Numbered from the stretch's first letter, positions 1 to 9,970 are shown. The stretch: DNA of 64,000 bases from Patescibacteria group bacterium (GCA_041662565.1 JBAZSE010000002.1:155244-219243); one strand, 5' to 3'. Translations and numbers: made by a program. The notes: a model not told the origin generated them from the letters alone.

Positions 1-785
1 CGGAAATTGAATCCAGAATCCGGACAGCTTTGGATTTACTAATTGCTCAAAACTGCAAGCTAACTTGCAGTTTTATTGATGCTTATGAAGCCGTGGGCCA
101 CAAAGCCATTGATGCGGCTAATAAGGTTAAAGAAGAATACAAGGATAAAATCACTTTATTAACCATTACCCAACCCTTGGGCGGCTTGGTTGATACGAAC
201 GCCAGAAAACTATATGAAGAGATCACAGCTAAAGCCGATATTGCCGGCGGCTTGCCTTCTAAAGACAGGCCAAATGACAAAGAAAATTTAGACAACCTTT
301 TTGCCATTGCCAAAAATTTAGGCAAAAAAATCCATGTTCATATTGATCAGGAAAACAATCCCAATGAACGCGATACCGAAACGCTGATTGAATATACCAA
401 AAAATACGGCTACGAAGGCAAGATAACGGCTATTCATGCCATTTCGGTTTCGGCCCAACCCAAAGAATATCGCCAACGGATCTACCAAGAAATGTCTGCG
501 ATCGGTATGAACGTTGTGGTTTGCCCATCAGCGGCTTTGGGCATGAAACAGCTTGATCAATTTAATTCCCCCGTTCATAATTCCATTGCCAATGTGCCGG
601 AAATGCTGTTGGCTGGAGTTAATGTGGGCCTGGGCGTTGATAATGTTTATGATTTTTACCAACCCTTTGTGGACGCAGATATTTACACTGAATTAAGAAT
701 GTTAATGGAGGGTTGCAGGTTTTACGATTTTGACCGTTTAGTGGAAATAGCAACTACAAACGGTAAAAAAATTTTAGAAAATTAA
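1..785 (+). CDS. Cytosine deaminase-like amidohydrolase, 5'-truncated at window edge (C-terminal ~260 aa)
   Basis: The reading frame is open to position 3. Segments HVHIDQENNPNERDTE and GVNVGLGVDNVYDFYQP align to the CodA segments HVHVDEIDDPQSRFVE and GINVCFGHDDVFDPWYP recalled from memory. Confidence 0.55.
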   Translation, partial: EIESRIRTALDLLIAQNCKLTCSFIDAYEAVGHKAIDAANKVKEEYKDKITLLTITQPLGGLVDTNARKLYEEITAKADIAGGLPSKDRPNDKENLDNLFAIAKNLGKKIHVHIDQENNPNERDTETLIEYTKKYGYEGKITAIHAISVSAQPKEYRQRIYQEMSAIGMNVVVCPSAALGMKQLDQFNSPVHNSIANVPEMLLAGVNVGLGVDNVYDFYQPFVDADIYTELRMLMEGCRFYDFDRLVEIATTNGKKILEN

Positions 786-807
786 TTAATAAGCGAGGAC
801 AAGAAAA

Positions 808-905
808 TTTGAGGAATCCGAGCGAGCGGGTCCCCCCGAGCGAGCCCAACCGAACGTAGTGAGAGTTGGGCGAGTTGAGGGAGGGTTCGAGCCGGGTCCG
901 AAAAT
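808..905. repeat. GC-rich block with two direct CCGAGCGAGC copies, in the argH 5' leader
   Basis: CCGAGCGAGC occurs at 818-827 and 836-845, and CCGAACG at 850-856. The block is about 65% GC in an AT-rich genome, and the same motifs recur at 10036-10140. Confidence 0.5.
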
Positions 906-931
906 TTTGCTTGGCCAAGCGTAGTAAAACT

Positions 932-2221
932 ATGCCTAAAATCTGGCAATCCAAATCAACCAAAATCCATCCGCTGGTAGAAAAATACACCGTAGGCAAC
1001 GATTATATATTGGATATGCGCTTGTTGCCTTTTGACGTAGAAGCATCACTAGCCCACGCAACTGCCTTGGCCAAATTAAAAATTTTAACTCCGGATGAAT
1101 TAAAAAAGCTGACTATTGGTCTAAAAGAGATTTTAAAACTCCACGCAGCCGGCAAATTTACCATTAAAATGGAAGATGAGGATTGCCATACGGCCATTGA
1201 AAATTATTTAATTGCCAAACTCGGGCCTTTAGGCAAAAAAATCCATACCGGCAGGAGCAGGAACGATCAAGTATTAGTGGCCACCCGCCTTTACACCAGA
1301 AAAAAACTTAATCAGGTTAGCGCCGAAATGATCAAGCTGGAAAAGGTGTTTTTAAACTTTGCTAAAAAATATCAGTTCGTGCCAATGCCCGGCTACACCC
1401 ATACCAGAAGGGCTATGCCCTCCTCTGTTGGGCACTGGGCGGCCGCTTACTTTGAGGAGCTAACCAACGATTACCAATTATTGCAATCCGCTTACAATTT
1501 AAACGACCAAAATCCTTTAGGCGCGGCCGCCGGCTTTGGCGTTAGTTTTAATTTGGATCGTAGATTAACCAGCAAACTTTTAAAATTCAAAAGAACTCAA
1601 GTTAATTCCATTTACGCCATTAACTCTCGCGGTAAAACCGAATCATTTATTTTAACCGTCTGCACCCAAATTATGATGACTCTGGGCCGTTTGGCTAATG
1701 AAATGATTTGGTTCACCACGCCGGAATTCAATTACTTTAACCTGCCTTGGGAATTTACCACCGGAAGTTCCATTATGCCGCAAAAACGCAATCCCGATGT
1801 GTTTGAAATTATCCGCTCTAATGTTAACGTGATCGTGGCTTTGCAAACACAGGTTAAGGATATTTCTAAAAATTTAATTTCGGGCTATAACCGCGATACC
1901 CAGCTAACCAAAGAACCATTAATTAAGGGCTTGGGAATTACCAGAAGAAGTTTGGAAATCGCCGCACTGGTAATGTCGGCCATTACACCGAATAAAAAGG
2001 ACTTAATGAAATCTTTAACACCGGAATTGTTTGCCAATAACGAAGCCAACCGCTTGGTTATGCAAGGCGTACCGTTTAGGGATGCTTACCAGCAAGTTAA
2101 AGAAAATCTGGATAAGCTAACGGTGCCCGATCCGGTTAAAGCTATTAAGGAAGTTGTTTCTTTGGGTGGCCCTGGAAATTTAAATCTTAAGGGTTACAAA
2201 ATTGATAAACCATTAAAATGA
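932..2221 (+). CDS. argH: Argininosuccinate lyase
   Basis: Fumarate-lyase signatures GRSRNDQV and GSSIMPQKRNPD are present. The ATG at 932 with MPKIWQ is preferred over the TTG at 866. Confidence 0.85.
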   Translation: MPKIWQSKSTKIHPLVEKYTVGNDYILDMRLLPFDVEASLAHATALAKLKILTPDELKKLTIGLKEILKLHAAGKFTIKMEDEDCHTAIENYLIAKLGPLGKKIHTGRSRNDQVLVATRLYTRKKLNQVSAEMIKLEKVFLNFAKKYQFVPMPGYTHTRRAMPSSVGHWAAAYFEELTNDYQLLQSAYNLNDQNPLGAAAGFGVSFNLDRRLTSKLLKFKRTQVNSIYAINSRGKTESFILTVCTQIMMTLGRLANEMIWFTTPEFNYFNLPWEFTTGSSIMPQKRNPDVFEIIRSNVNVIVALQTQVKDISKNLISGYNRDTQLTKEPLIKGLGITRRSLEIAALVMSAITPNKKDLMKSLTPELFANNEANRLVMQGVPFRDAYQQVKENLDKLTVPDPVKAIKEVVSLGGPGNLNLKGYKIDKPLK

Positions 2222-2871
2222 GATTTTTTGAAAAACAACCAAATAGCGACCCTAAGCCTTTCAAACTCGGCAAAAAAATTAAGCCAGAAAGAGGTGGTTA
2301 TTTTTCAGAAACTCCAATACGGTCTAAAAAAAATCCTGATACTTTGGTAAAAAGATTAAAAATAGAGGGTGAATATGTAGACGAAACTTTAGATAATTAT
2401 GACGTTAACACCTTTAAAGAAAGGTATCAAAAAAGTTTGCGTTTACTCGAAACTTATTTGGCAGAGTTTTTACCTAAAATGCAATTAGTATTTGGCCAAG
2501 ATAAGGACCAAAAAAAGACCGGCTATCTATTGGTCCAAGAGATTATTTCGACAAAAATTCCCAAAGAAAATCATCAAGCGACTCAACAATTAAATACTCT
2601 TCTAATAAAAATTATCGAGATGTGGCTGGCGACACAAAAAGAAAGTGACGATAAAATAGGTATAATTCCTGAACTTTCCAATATTGGCGGGAATATTATG
2701 TATGGTCATACTAAAAATGATCAGACAGACAAATTTTATGTAGTGGATATATACCCTTTGGAATATCCTAATAAACGTGAATTAATAGAAATGATGAATG
2801 AATTTTTTTCAATGAACCCAGAAATAGACTTCACCGAAACTAAAAATAAACTTAGAGAATTAGAAATGTAA
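2218..2871 (+). CDS. Hypothetical protein
   Basis: A 217-aa ORF overlaps the argH stop (ATGA) and has no recognisable motifs. The true start may be further downstream. Confidence 0.35.
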   Translation: MRFFEKQPNSDPKPFKLGKKIKPERGGYFSETPIRSKKNPDTLVKRLKIEGEYVDETLDNYDVNTFKERYQKSLRLLETYLAEFLPKMQLVFGQDKDQKKTGYLLVQEIISTKIPKENHQATQQLNTLLIKIIEMWLATQKESDDKIGIIPELSNIGGNIMYGHTKNDQTDKFYVVDIYPLEYPNKRELIEMMNEFFSMNPEIDFTETKNKLRELEM

Positions 2872-2876
2872 CAAAT

Positions 2877-3548
2877 ATGGAAAAATTCCAACAAGAATTT
2901 ATTGAATTCCTAATTACCAATAAAGCTTTGCAGTTTGGCGATTTTACTTTAAAAAGCGGAAGAAAATCCCCATACTTCATTAACACCGCGGTATTTGAAT
3001 CCGGTCAGTCAATTAAACAACTGGGCTACTTTTACGCTTCGTTAATTAAACAGGAATTTGGTTCTGACTTTGAAGTAATTTTTGGTCCGGCCTATAAAGG
3101 TATTCCTTTATGCGTTACTACCGCCATTGCCTTGGCTGATGACTTTAAAATGGACAAGTTCTACGCTTTTAACCGTAAAGAAGTTAAGGATCATGGCGAT
3201 AAAAAAATGATTGTTGGGCATCAGCTTAAAGATAACGAAAGAATTATTTTGATTGATGATGTGGTAACCGATGGCGCCACCAAGTTTGAAACCGTAGAGA
3301 TGTTAAACAATGTTGCTAAAATTAAATATACCGGCTTGATTGTGGCGGTTAACAGAATGGAAAAAACCGCCGAGGGCCTAGATGCTTTTAAAAATATTGA
3401 AGATAAACTTAACTTCCCCGTTAAAGCCATTGTCAGTGTAAGAGAAATAATTGACTATCTGACTGACAAAGAAATTAATGGCCAAATTTATTTAACCGCA
3501 TCCAAATCGCAAGAAATGGAAAATTATTTAAATGAATTTGGAAGATAA
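2877..3548 (+). CDS. pyrE: Orotate phosphoribosyltransferase
   Basis: FGDFTLKSGRKSPYF, FGPAYKGIPL, FNRKEVKDHG and the PRPP-binding LIDDVVTDGAT motif match type I OPRTase. Confidence 0.85.
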   Translation: MEKFQQEFIEFLITNKALQFGDFTLKSGRKSPYFINTAVFESGQSIKQLGYFYASLIKQEFGSDFEVIFGPAYKGIPLCVTTAIALADDFKMDKFYAFNRKEVKDHGDKKMIVGHQLKDNERIILIDDVVTDGATKFETVEMLNNVAKIKYTGLIVAVNRMEKTAEGLDAFKNIEDKLNFPVKAIVSVREIIDYLTDKEINGQIYLTASKSQEMENYLNEFGR

Positions 3549-3604
3549 AAAAGAGGTGTGAATTTTTACATTCACACCTTGCTGTTTTATTACGGTAGAT
3601 TAAA

Positions 3605-4414
3605 CTACCAAAGAAGAGTTAACCCACATTCGGAGCCAAGATCGGTTAAGTTGCCATCCCCCCCATAGAAATCGAATTTGAAGATGTCGTCAAAATACCA
3701 GAACTTAACTGAAAAATAACGGGGATCTTTACTACGAATGGCCGAACAATGAAAATTCGCAGAGAAAGATTTTTCCAAAACATCTGGAAACATTATCGAA
3801 CTAATGGCCATCTCTAGAGGACCGGAAAGAATACAGTTTTCCGGTAAGGATTCCATCTGCTCTTGCCGAGCATTCTCGGAATAACCCTGCAAACTTCCCG
3901 GAAAATAGATTCCCACAACCGGACCATTAGAGACCTTTTCGATCAGCTGTCCGTATCGACTGTTGAGTGTAATTTCAACCTGCCCCGCCAAGTTACTCGG
4001 CTCAATTTCTGACTGCCTATAACTAGGGTCTCGTCGACAATAAGAAGCGGCTGCTACTTTTATAAACTTCTTGGTGGCCTCACCAAGGTCAGCAATATCC
4101 ATCTGCGGTATAACGAACCACAAATAAACACCTTTGAGCAAGTTTTTAATCTTCTTGTCCAGTTTAATGGTCGAAAGAAGACTATTAACACGATCTTCAA
4201 CTACGTCTGGCAAGATGTCAACTGAAAATCCGACCTCCAACAGATGGGCGAGTCGTTCTTGATAGTACGGTTTGTATTGGCTCCACCCTGACTTAACGCT
4301 TGATCTAAATAAGAAATGATTTCTGTATTCAGGATGCTCAATTACAGAATTACTTACCGCCGATTTCAAATCTTGCGGCGGGATCCGACGGCCATACTTG
4401 TCAAAGAGCTGCAT
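3605..4414 (-). CDS. Hypothetical protein (orphan, GC-elevated)
   Basis: A 269-aa ORF with an AAGGAG RBS upstream of its ATG. It has no recognisable domains and interrupts the pyrE-pyrF pair on the opposite strand. Confidence 0.45.
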   Translation of the reverse strand: MQLFDKYGRRIPPQDLKSAVSNSVIEHPEYRNHFLFRSSVKSGWSQYKPYYQERLAHLLEVGFSVDILPDVVEDRVNSLLSTIKLDKKIKNLLKGVYLWFVIPQMDIADLGEATKKFIKVAAASYCRRDPSYRQSEIEPSNLAGQVEITLNSRYGQLIEKVSNGPVVGIYFPGSLQGYSENARQEQMESLPENCILSGPLEMAISSIMFPDVLEKSFSANFHCSAIRSKDPRYFSVKFWYFDDIFKFDFYGGDGNLTDLGSECGLTLLW

Positions 4415-4665
4415 TATTTACTCCTTTTCAAATTGATTCACCTACACCCTAGGCGCGGGATTATTATTTGATTGGTAAATGCCAATGTGTACAATAATAA
4501 TATATTAATATTACAAATTCAACTTTTTGTCAAGATTGACTTTTGATCGCCTAAAACCTAAAATAAACATACAAATATGGTAAAAATTGAATTAAAGAAA
4601 AATCATTTAAATTGAAAACTATTTTAAAAGTCCTTACTACAAAGGGCTTTCTTTAAAAAAAGAAT

Positions 4666-5415
4666 ATGGATTATAAAAAAAGAGCTGAAGCTTCATCAAA
4701 TCCTATAGCTAAAACTTTATTTGAATTAATGGAGAACAAACAAACCAACTTATGCTTGGCGGCTGATTTAACCGATTGGGATGAATTGATTAAATTAATT
4801 GCCACGGTTGGCTCGGAAATATGTGTTTTAAAAACACATATTGATATTATTGAAGATTTACCACCGAACTTTGCGGATAAATTAAACGATCTAAAAGAAA
4901 AATTCAATTTTTTGATTTTTGAAGACCGCAAATTCGCCGATATCGGCAATACGGTTAAAATGCAATACGAAGCCGGTATTTATAAAATCGCCGAGTGGGC
5001 CGATATTGTTAATTGCCACATTGTGCCAGGCCCGGGGATTATTGAGGGCTTGCGTGAAGTTGGCCTGCCAAAAGGCCGCGGTTTGTTACTGCTCGCTGAA
5101 ATGAGTTCACAAGGCAATTTAGCTACCGGCGATTACACTAAAACAGCCATTGAATGGGCTAAAAAATATGATGATTTTGTGATTGGCTTTATTGGCATGA
5201 AAAAATTAATTGATGATTCTAAATTTATCACCATGACTCCGGGCGTACAATTTGCTGCCACCAGCGACAACTTAAAACAACAATATAATTCGCCGGAACA
5301 AGTAATCCAAAATGGTTCGGATATTATAATTGTCGGCCGTGGCATTTATTCTTCAGCTAACCCCCAAGCCGAAGCCCAAAAATACCGTCAAGCCGGCTGG
5401 TCAGCTTTGTTATAA
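4666..5415 (+). CDS. pyrF: Orotidine 5'-phosphate decarboxylase, eukaryote/fungal URA3-like type
   Basis: FEDRKFADIGNTVK, IAEWADI, GLLLLAEMSS.GNLATG, DFVIGFI, GSDIIIVGRG and RYR.AGW are near-identical to the yeast URA3 signature blocks as recalled. Confidence 0.85.
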   Translation: MDYKKRAEASSNPIAKTLFELMENKQTNLCLAADLTDWDELIKLIATVGSEICVLKTHIDIIEDLPPNFADKLNDLKEKFNFLIFEDRKFADIGNTVKMQYEAGIYKIAEWADIVNCHIVPGPGIIEGLREVGLPKGRGLLLLAEMSSQGNLATGDYTKTAIEWAKKYDDFVIGFIGMKKLIDDSKFITMTPGVQFAATSDNLKQQYNSPEQVIQNGSDIIIVGRGIYSSANPQAEAQKYRQAGWSALL

Positions 5416-5516
5416 CGATATAAATAAGTTTAACTAAAAACAACTCTAATTTGAGTTGTTTTTTAATGAAAAAAATAGGTCTTGCGCATCCGATTGGACA
5501 CGCAAGACCTTAGAAG

Positions 5517-6008
5517 CTATTTCGAAGTCAATTGTTTGATTCTCTTTGCCGCCTGCAGAGCGAGCGGTCGAGCATCAAAATAATTGTTGAAACCGATGCT
5601 GGTCTCCCAATTGCCATCGTAACATTTTACGGTAGCAAATCTCCATGACCAGACACCGTCCACGAGCATGAAGGCGTATTCCTCTTTGGTACCGTTATTC
5701 CGGGTAAACCTTATCACCTGGCCACCAGGAATATCGTAAGTCATCCACTGACTTTCGAATCCTTCGAAATCCTGACCTTCTTGCGTATTACTGACAGTTA
5801 CGGATTGCAACTGTCTAACGGAAAGGAGAAACTGTAACCGATCTCGATCGGCGCCTGGGAGAAACATGTTAATAGCGGCTGAATCGCCGTTCACCAACGC
5901 AGACATAGCTGTCTGCTGACGAATGAGCTGGTCATCCACATCCGGATGAACCCAATACCCAATGAGGCCACAAATGACGCAGACTGCGATGCAAAGAACT
6001 ATGCGCAT
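5517..6008 (-). CDS. Hypothetical secreted protein (signal peptide; orphan, GC-elevated)
   Basis: The N-terminus MRIVLCIAVCVICGLIGYW is hydrophobic, and the start context is AGGAGCGCATCATGCGCA. No recognisable domains. Confidence 0.45.
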   Translation of the reverse strand: MRIVLCIAVCVICGLIGYWVHPDVDDQLIRQQTAMSALVNGDSAAINMFLPGADRDRLQFLLSVRQLQSVTVSNTQEGQDFEGFESQWMTYDIPGGQVIRFTRNNGTKEEYAFMLVDGVWSWRFATVKCYDGNWETSIGFNNYFDARPLALQAAKRIKQLTSK

Positions 6009-6237
6009 GATGCGCTCCTAAATTTTGCCGGCTTAAAAGCTGGCAGTGAATGAAATTGGCCTTTTTACGGGCCTATTATTTGATAACTTTGTTCAAATTA
6101 ACCTTTATTTTTAGCATACTTTATCAACTTTGTCAAGGACGCTTTAAAATGTTATAATTGGCAGCGAGAGAGAAAAGAAGGTTTACTTTCTTTTTAAACA
6201 AACGAACCAATTATACAAAGTATAATGTCGTCATTAT

Positions 6238-8874
6238 ATGTATTTACAGAAATTAGAAATTCAGGGCTTTAAATCTTTTGCCGAAAAAACCGTTTTGGAA
6301 TTTAACCGTGATCTAACAGCCGTGGTGGGCCCAAATGGCAGCGGCAAATCCAACATTGCCGATAGTGTACGGTGGGTTTTGGGCGAACAAAGCTTAAAAC
6401 TTTTGCGCGGCAAAAAATCCCAAGATGTAATTTTTGCCGGTTCTACCAATAAAGCTCGGCTGGGTTTTGCCGAAGTGTCTTTGTTTTTGAATAATGAAGA
6501 TGGCAAAGCCCCGATTGATTACCGCGAAATTGTGATAACCAGGAGAATTTACCGCGATGGCGAAACCGAATATTTGATTAATAAAAATAAAGTTCGGCTC
6601 TTAGACGTGCAAATGCTACTTGCTAAAGCCAATTTTGGAGTACGCACTTACGCCATTATTGGCCAAGGCATGATTGATTCCATTTTAACTTCATCCCCAA
6701 CCGAACGCAAAGAATTTTTTGATGAAGCCACCGGCGTTAGGGAATACCAGCTTAAAAAAGATCAGGCCATGCTTAAGCTGGAAAGAAGCAAAGAAAATTT
6801 AACCCAAGCCGAACAGCTATTGCAAGAAATAGAGCCACGGTTGCGTTCCTTAACTCGCCAGGTTAAAAGATTGGAACGCAAAGAGGAATTAACCGCCAAA
6901 TTGCGGGAACTACAAACCGTTTATTACAGCAGGCAACTGACTGTTTTGGATGAACAGCTGGCTAACATTCAAATTCAACTTAAAAATGGCGAAAAAGACC
7001 AAGCAAATTTGGAAACTCAATTGCTTAAAGGCCAGCAGGAGCTTGATCAAGAGCAATTAAACCAAACGCAGGCCCAGGCCTTTAGCTTGCTACAAAACCA
7101 ATACCAAAATTTAAGCACCGAACGCAACCGTTTAAGCCAAGAACTTTCGTTACTTAAAGCCAAGCAGGATTTAGATTTAACCAAAGCTGGAAAAGTTGAT
7201 TTGGTTTGGCTGCAAAATCGCTTGTTGGAAATTAATAATGAACAGCAAAAATTCCTTCAAGAAGAAAACAATTGCCAACAAGAACTTTTTAAATTAGAAA
7301 AATTATTAGCCACCAAAGTTGAAACCCAAAATGGGGTTTTGGCGGAATTTGAAGAGCTGCAAAATAAATTGCTGCAAAACAGGCAAAATGGTCCGGAAAA
7401 TTCCCAAGTTACCTTAAAAAAATTCCAAGAACAATTGCGCCAATTATATCAAAAACAAGCGGCTTTTATCGGGCAAATTGAAAAAATAAGCAATCTTGAA
7501 GAGTTAAAAAACATCAAAGAACTGGCGCAGGAGTTGTTGCAAAACCTTAAGCAAATGTCTGTGGATGTTGATACTGTTGGGCAAGTTTCTTCATCAATTG
7601 ATTTTAACGAACTGCAAAAACAACTGGCTGATTTTATAAAAACCAAAGATTCTTTGGTTAATGAAATTCATGGTTTAAAAATCAAAACCGAAGTAGCCAA
7701 ACAAAAATTAATTCAAACACAAACCGAACAAATCAAACTGAAAACGGAAGAAAAAAAGATTGTTGCCGAACTTTCGACTTATCAAAACCAAGGCAAACAA
7801 ATTGATAACGCTGATTTAAAAAATCGGCAAACGGAACTGGAACAGGCCATGGCCAAAATTGACGGACAAGTTGGCGAACTAAAAATAAAATTGGAAACTT
7901 TTTCGGCCAGCCAAGAACAGGAACGGCATAAATTCATGGAACTGCAACGCGGTTTACGAGAAACGCAAAGCAAGTTAAATTTGGTTAGCGCACAACTTAA
8001 CGGTTTAAAGGTTGAGCTGGCTCGGCTGGAAACCAAAAAAGAAGATTTAGGCAACGAGATCAAAACCGAATTTATCGGAGAATTTGTATTGCAAACAAAT
8101 CCGGAACCGCTCAATTTAAATGAACTTTTGGCCGAAATTAACCGTTACAAAAATCAACTCTCCATTATCGGGGGGATTGATGAAGATGTGGCTAAAGAAT
8201 ATGCCGAAGTGAATGAACGCTACGTTTTCTTAAATGAGCAGGTTACTGATTTACAAGGAGCCATTGAATCGTGCTTACAGATTATTGAAGAATTGGACCA
8301 AAAAATTACCAGCCAGTTTGAAGTAGCTTTTGAAAAAATCAACGAAAAATTTGAACATTATTTTAAAATCCTCTTTAATGGCGGACAAGCTAAGCTGACT
8401 TTGGAAAAGAAAGTTATTACCGAGGAAGTAGTGGAGCAAGAAACTCTTGAATCCAATCCGGTTGCTAAAGCCAAACCCAAAATTGAAGACAAAAGATTAA
8501 AAACCAAAATTGAATTTGGCATTGAAATCCAAGCCACGCCTCCGGGCAAACGGCTAAAATCAATCAATACCCTTTCGGGCGGTGAAAAGGCCTTAACTTC
8601 CATTGCCCTAATTTCCGCCATTATTGCCAACAACCCTTCGCCTTTTGTAATCTTAGATGAGGTAGATGCCGCTTTAGATGAATCCAATTCCATTAGGTTT
8701 GCCAGCATTGTTAAAGAACTTTCCACTCAAGCGCAATTTATCTGTGTGACCCACAACCGCGCCACCATGCATCAGGCCGCTATTTTGTACGGCGTAACCA
8801 TGGGCGCAGATGGCATTTCCAAACTTCTCTCCATTAACTTAACGGAAGCCGAAAAAGTAGCCGAAACCAGCTAA
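6238..8874 (+). CDS. smc: SMC-like chromosome segregation ATPase (878 aa, no recognisable hinge domain)
   Basis: The N-terminus LEIQGFKSF with Walker A GPNGSGKSN, and the C-terminal signature LSGGEKALTS, Walker B ILDEVDAALD and H-loop CVTHN, are all present. The whole middle is coiled coil. Confidence 0.7.
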   Translation: MYLQKLEIQGFKSFAEKTVLEFNRDLTAVVGPNGSGKSNIADSVRWVLGEQSLKLLRGKKSQDVIFAGSTNKARLGFAEVSLFLNNEDGKAPIDYREIVITRRIYRDGETEYLINKNKVRLLDVQMLLAKANFGVRTYAIIGQGMIDSILTSSPTERKEFFDEATGVREYQLKKDQAMLKLERSKENLTQAEQLLQEIEPRLRSLTRQVKRLERKEELTAKLRELQTVYYSRQLTVLDEQLANIQIQLKNGEKDQANLETQLLKGQQELDQEQLNQTQAQAFSLLQNQYQNLSTERNRLSQELSLLKAKQDLDLTKAGKVDLVWLQNRLLEINNEQQKFLQEENNCQQELFKLEKLLATKVETQNGVLAEFEELQNKLLQNRQNGPENSQVTLKKFQEQLRQLYQKQAAFIGQIEKISNLEELKNIKELAQELLQNLKQMSVDVDTVGQVSSSIDFNELQKQLADFIKTKDSLVNEIHGLKIKTEVAKQKLIQTQTEQIKLKTEEKKIVAELSTYQNQGKQIDNADLKNRQTELEQAMAKIDGQVGELKIKLETFSASQEQERHKFMELQRGLRETQSKLNLVSAQLNGLKVELARLETKKEDLGNEIKTEFIGEFVLQTNPEPLNLNELLAEINRYKNQLSIIGGIDEDVAKEYAEVNERYVFLNEQVTDLQGAIESCLQIIEELDQKITSQFEVAFEKINEKFEHYFKILFNGGQAKLTLEKKVITEEVVEQETLESNPVAKAKPKIEDKRLKTKIEFGIEIQATPPGKRLKSINTLSGGEKALTSIALISAIIANNPSPFVILDEVDAALDESNSIRFASIVKELSTQAQFICVTHNRATMHQAAILYGVTMGADGISKLLSINLTEAEKVAETS

Positions 8875-8896
8875 GTAGGCAAGAGCAAGCGGGATC

Positions 8897-8924
8897 TTGA
8901 CAAATACCGGCTTTCCATTATAAT
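8897..8924 (+). promoter_or_regulatory. Sigma70-like promoter upstream of rpsP
   Basis: TTGACA is followed by a 16-nt spacer and TATAAT. Confidence 0.5.
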
Positions 8925-9015
8925 ACCCACTAATGCTGCAGTAGTGCTCTCGCCTTTGCCCCATGAGGGAAAAAACCAACGGCGAAAATTTATAATCATC
9001 ATTTATTAATTTACT

Positions 9016-9486
9016 ATGTTATCAATTAGATTCTCTCGCACAGGCAAGAAAAAACAGCCCTATTTTAGGGTTATTCTTACGGAAAAGCAAAAAGATCCTT
9101 GGGGCAAATATATCGAACTTTTGGGCAACTATAACCCCAGGAGCAAAGAAACCAATTTAAAAACTGACCGTATCAAATACTGGCTTTCGGTTGGCGCTCA
9201 AGCCACTACCAGCATCCATAACTTATTAGTTAAGGTAGGTGCCATAGAAGGCAAAAAGAAAAATCCGGTTAGAGTTTCTAAAGTTAGAAAAGTTAAGTTA
9301 GATGCCAAAAAGAAAGAAACTTCGGATGCTTTGGCTAAAACTGAAAAAGATGCTTTAGACGCTAAAGCCAAGGCGGAACAAGATGCCCAAGATGCTAAAG
9401 CTGCCGCAGAAGCCCCTCAAGAATCAACAGAACAAGTTTCTCCGGTTGTTGAAGAAAAAGCCGATGAACCGGTTGTTACTGCCTAA
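9016..9486 (+). CDS. rpsP: 30S ribosomal protein S16 with Lys/Ala/Asp/Glu-rich C-terminal extension
   Basis: MLSIRFSRTGKKKQPYFRV is the S16 N-terminal signature, and a roughly 70-aa low-complexity charged tail follows. Confidence 0.9.
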   Translation: MLSIRFSRTGKKKQPYFRVILTEKQKDPWGKYIELLGNYNPRSKETNLKTDRIKYWLSVGAQATTSIHNLLVKVGAIEGKKKNPVRVSKVRKVKLDAKKKETSDALAKTEKDALDAKAKAEQDAQDAKAAAEAPQESTEQVSPVVEEKADEPVVTA

Positions 9487-9622
9487 AAAAATTCAGAATT
9501 GACAGGGTAATAACAATAAGCTAATATAATAAAAGTTCTTTAAAAAGACAATTTTCCTTTCAATTTAAGTCCCTGAAGGGAAAACTGAGCTTGTAAGAAT
9601 TTATCATTAACAGTTGAAAAAC

Positions 9623-9970
9623 ATGTCCGACAAAGATCAAGAGTTCCTGGAGTATGTTGTCAAAAATTTAGTTGACACTCCGGATAAAGTCAACGTTGAT
9701 AGAACGGTTGACGAGATGGGAGTCCTATTGACTCTTAAAGTGGATCCATCCGATATGGGTCAAATTATTGGCAGGCAGGGTCAAACCGCCAGAGCCATCC
9801 GCACTTTGTTGCGCGTGGTTGGTGCCAAAAATAACGCCCGCGTTAACTTAAAGATTTTTGAACCAGAAGGTTCTACCAGAGGACCCAGAATGATGAGGAG
9901 CAATGACTCCAATCAAGGTTCCAGAACAGAAGATATTGACACTAGCGTTGTTGATGACTTGAAATTGTAA
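9623..9970 (+). CDS. KH-domain RNA-binding protein (YlqC-like)
   Basis: The KH motif IIGRQGQTARAIRTLL is present and the gene sits canonically between rpsP and trmD. The ATG at 9623 is preferred over the TTG at 9614. Confidence 0.7.
   Translation: MSDKDQEFLEYVVKNLVDTPDKVNVDRTVDEMGVLLTLKVDPSDMGQIIGRQGQTARAIRTLLRVVGAKNNARVNLKIFEPEGSTRGPRMMRSNDSNQGSRTEDIDTSVVDDLKL

Noticed and set aside
866-931. The TTG-initiated 22-codon N-terminal extension of argH, and similar TTG/GTG starts elsewhere in the ORF track
   Set aside because: The extension runs through the GC-rich repeat block and lacks an RBS. Downstream ATG codons with AG-rich upstream sequence and conserved N-termini (MPKIWQ for argH) fit the protein families better.
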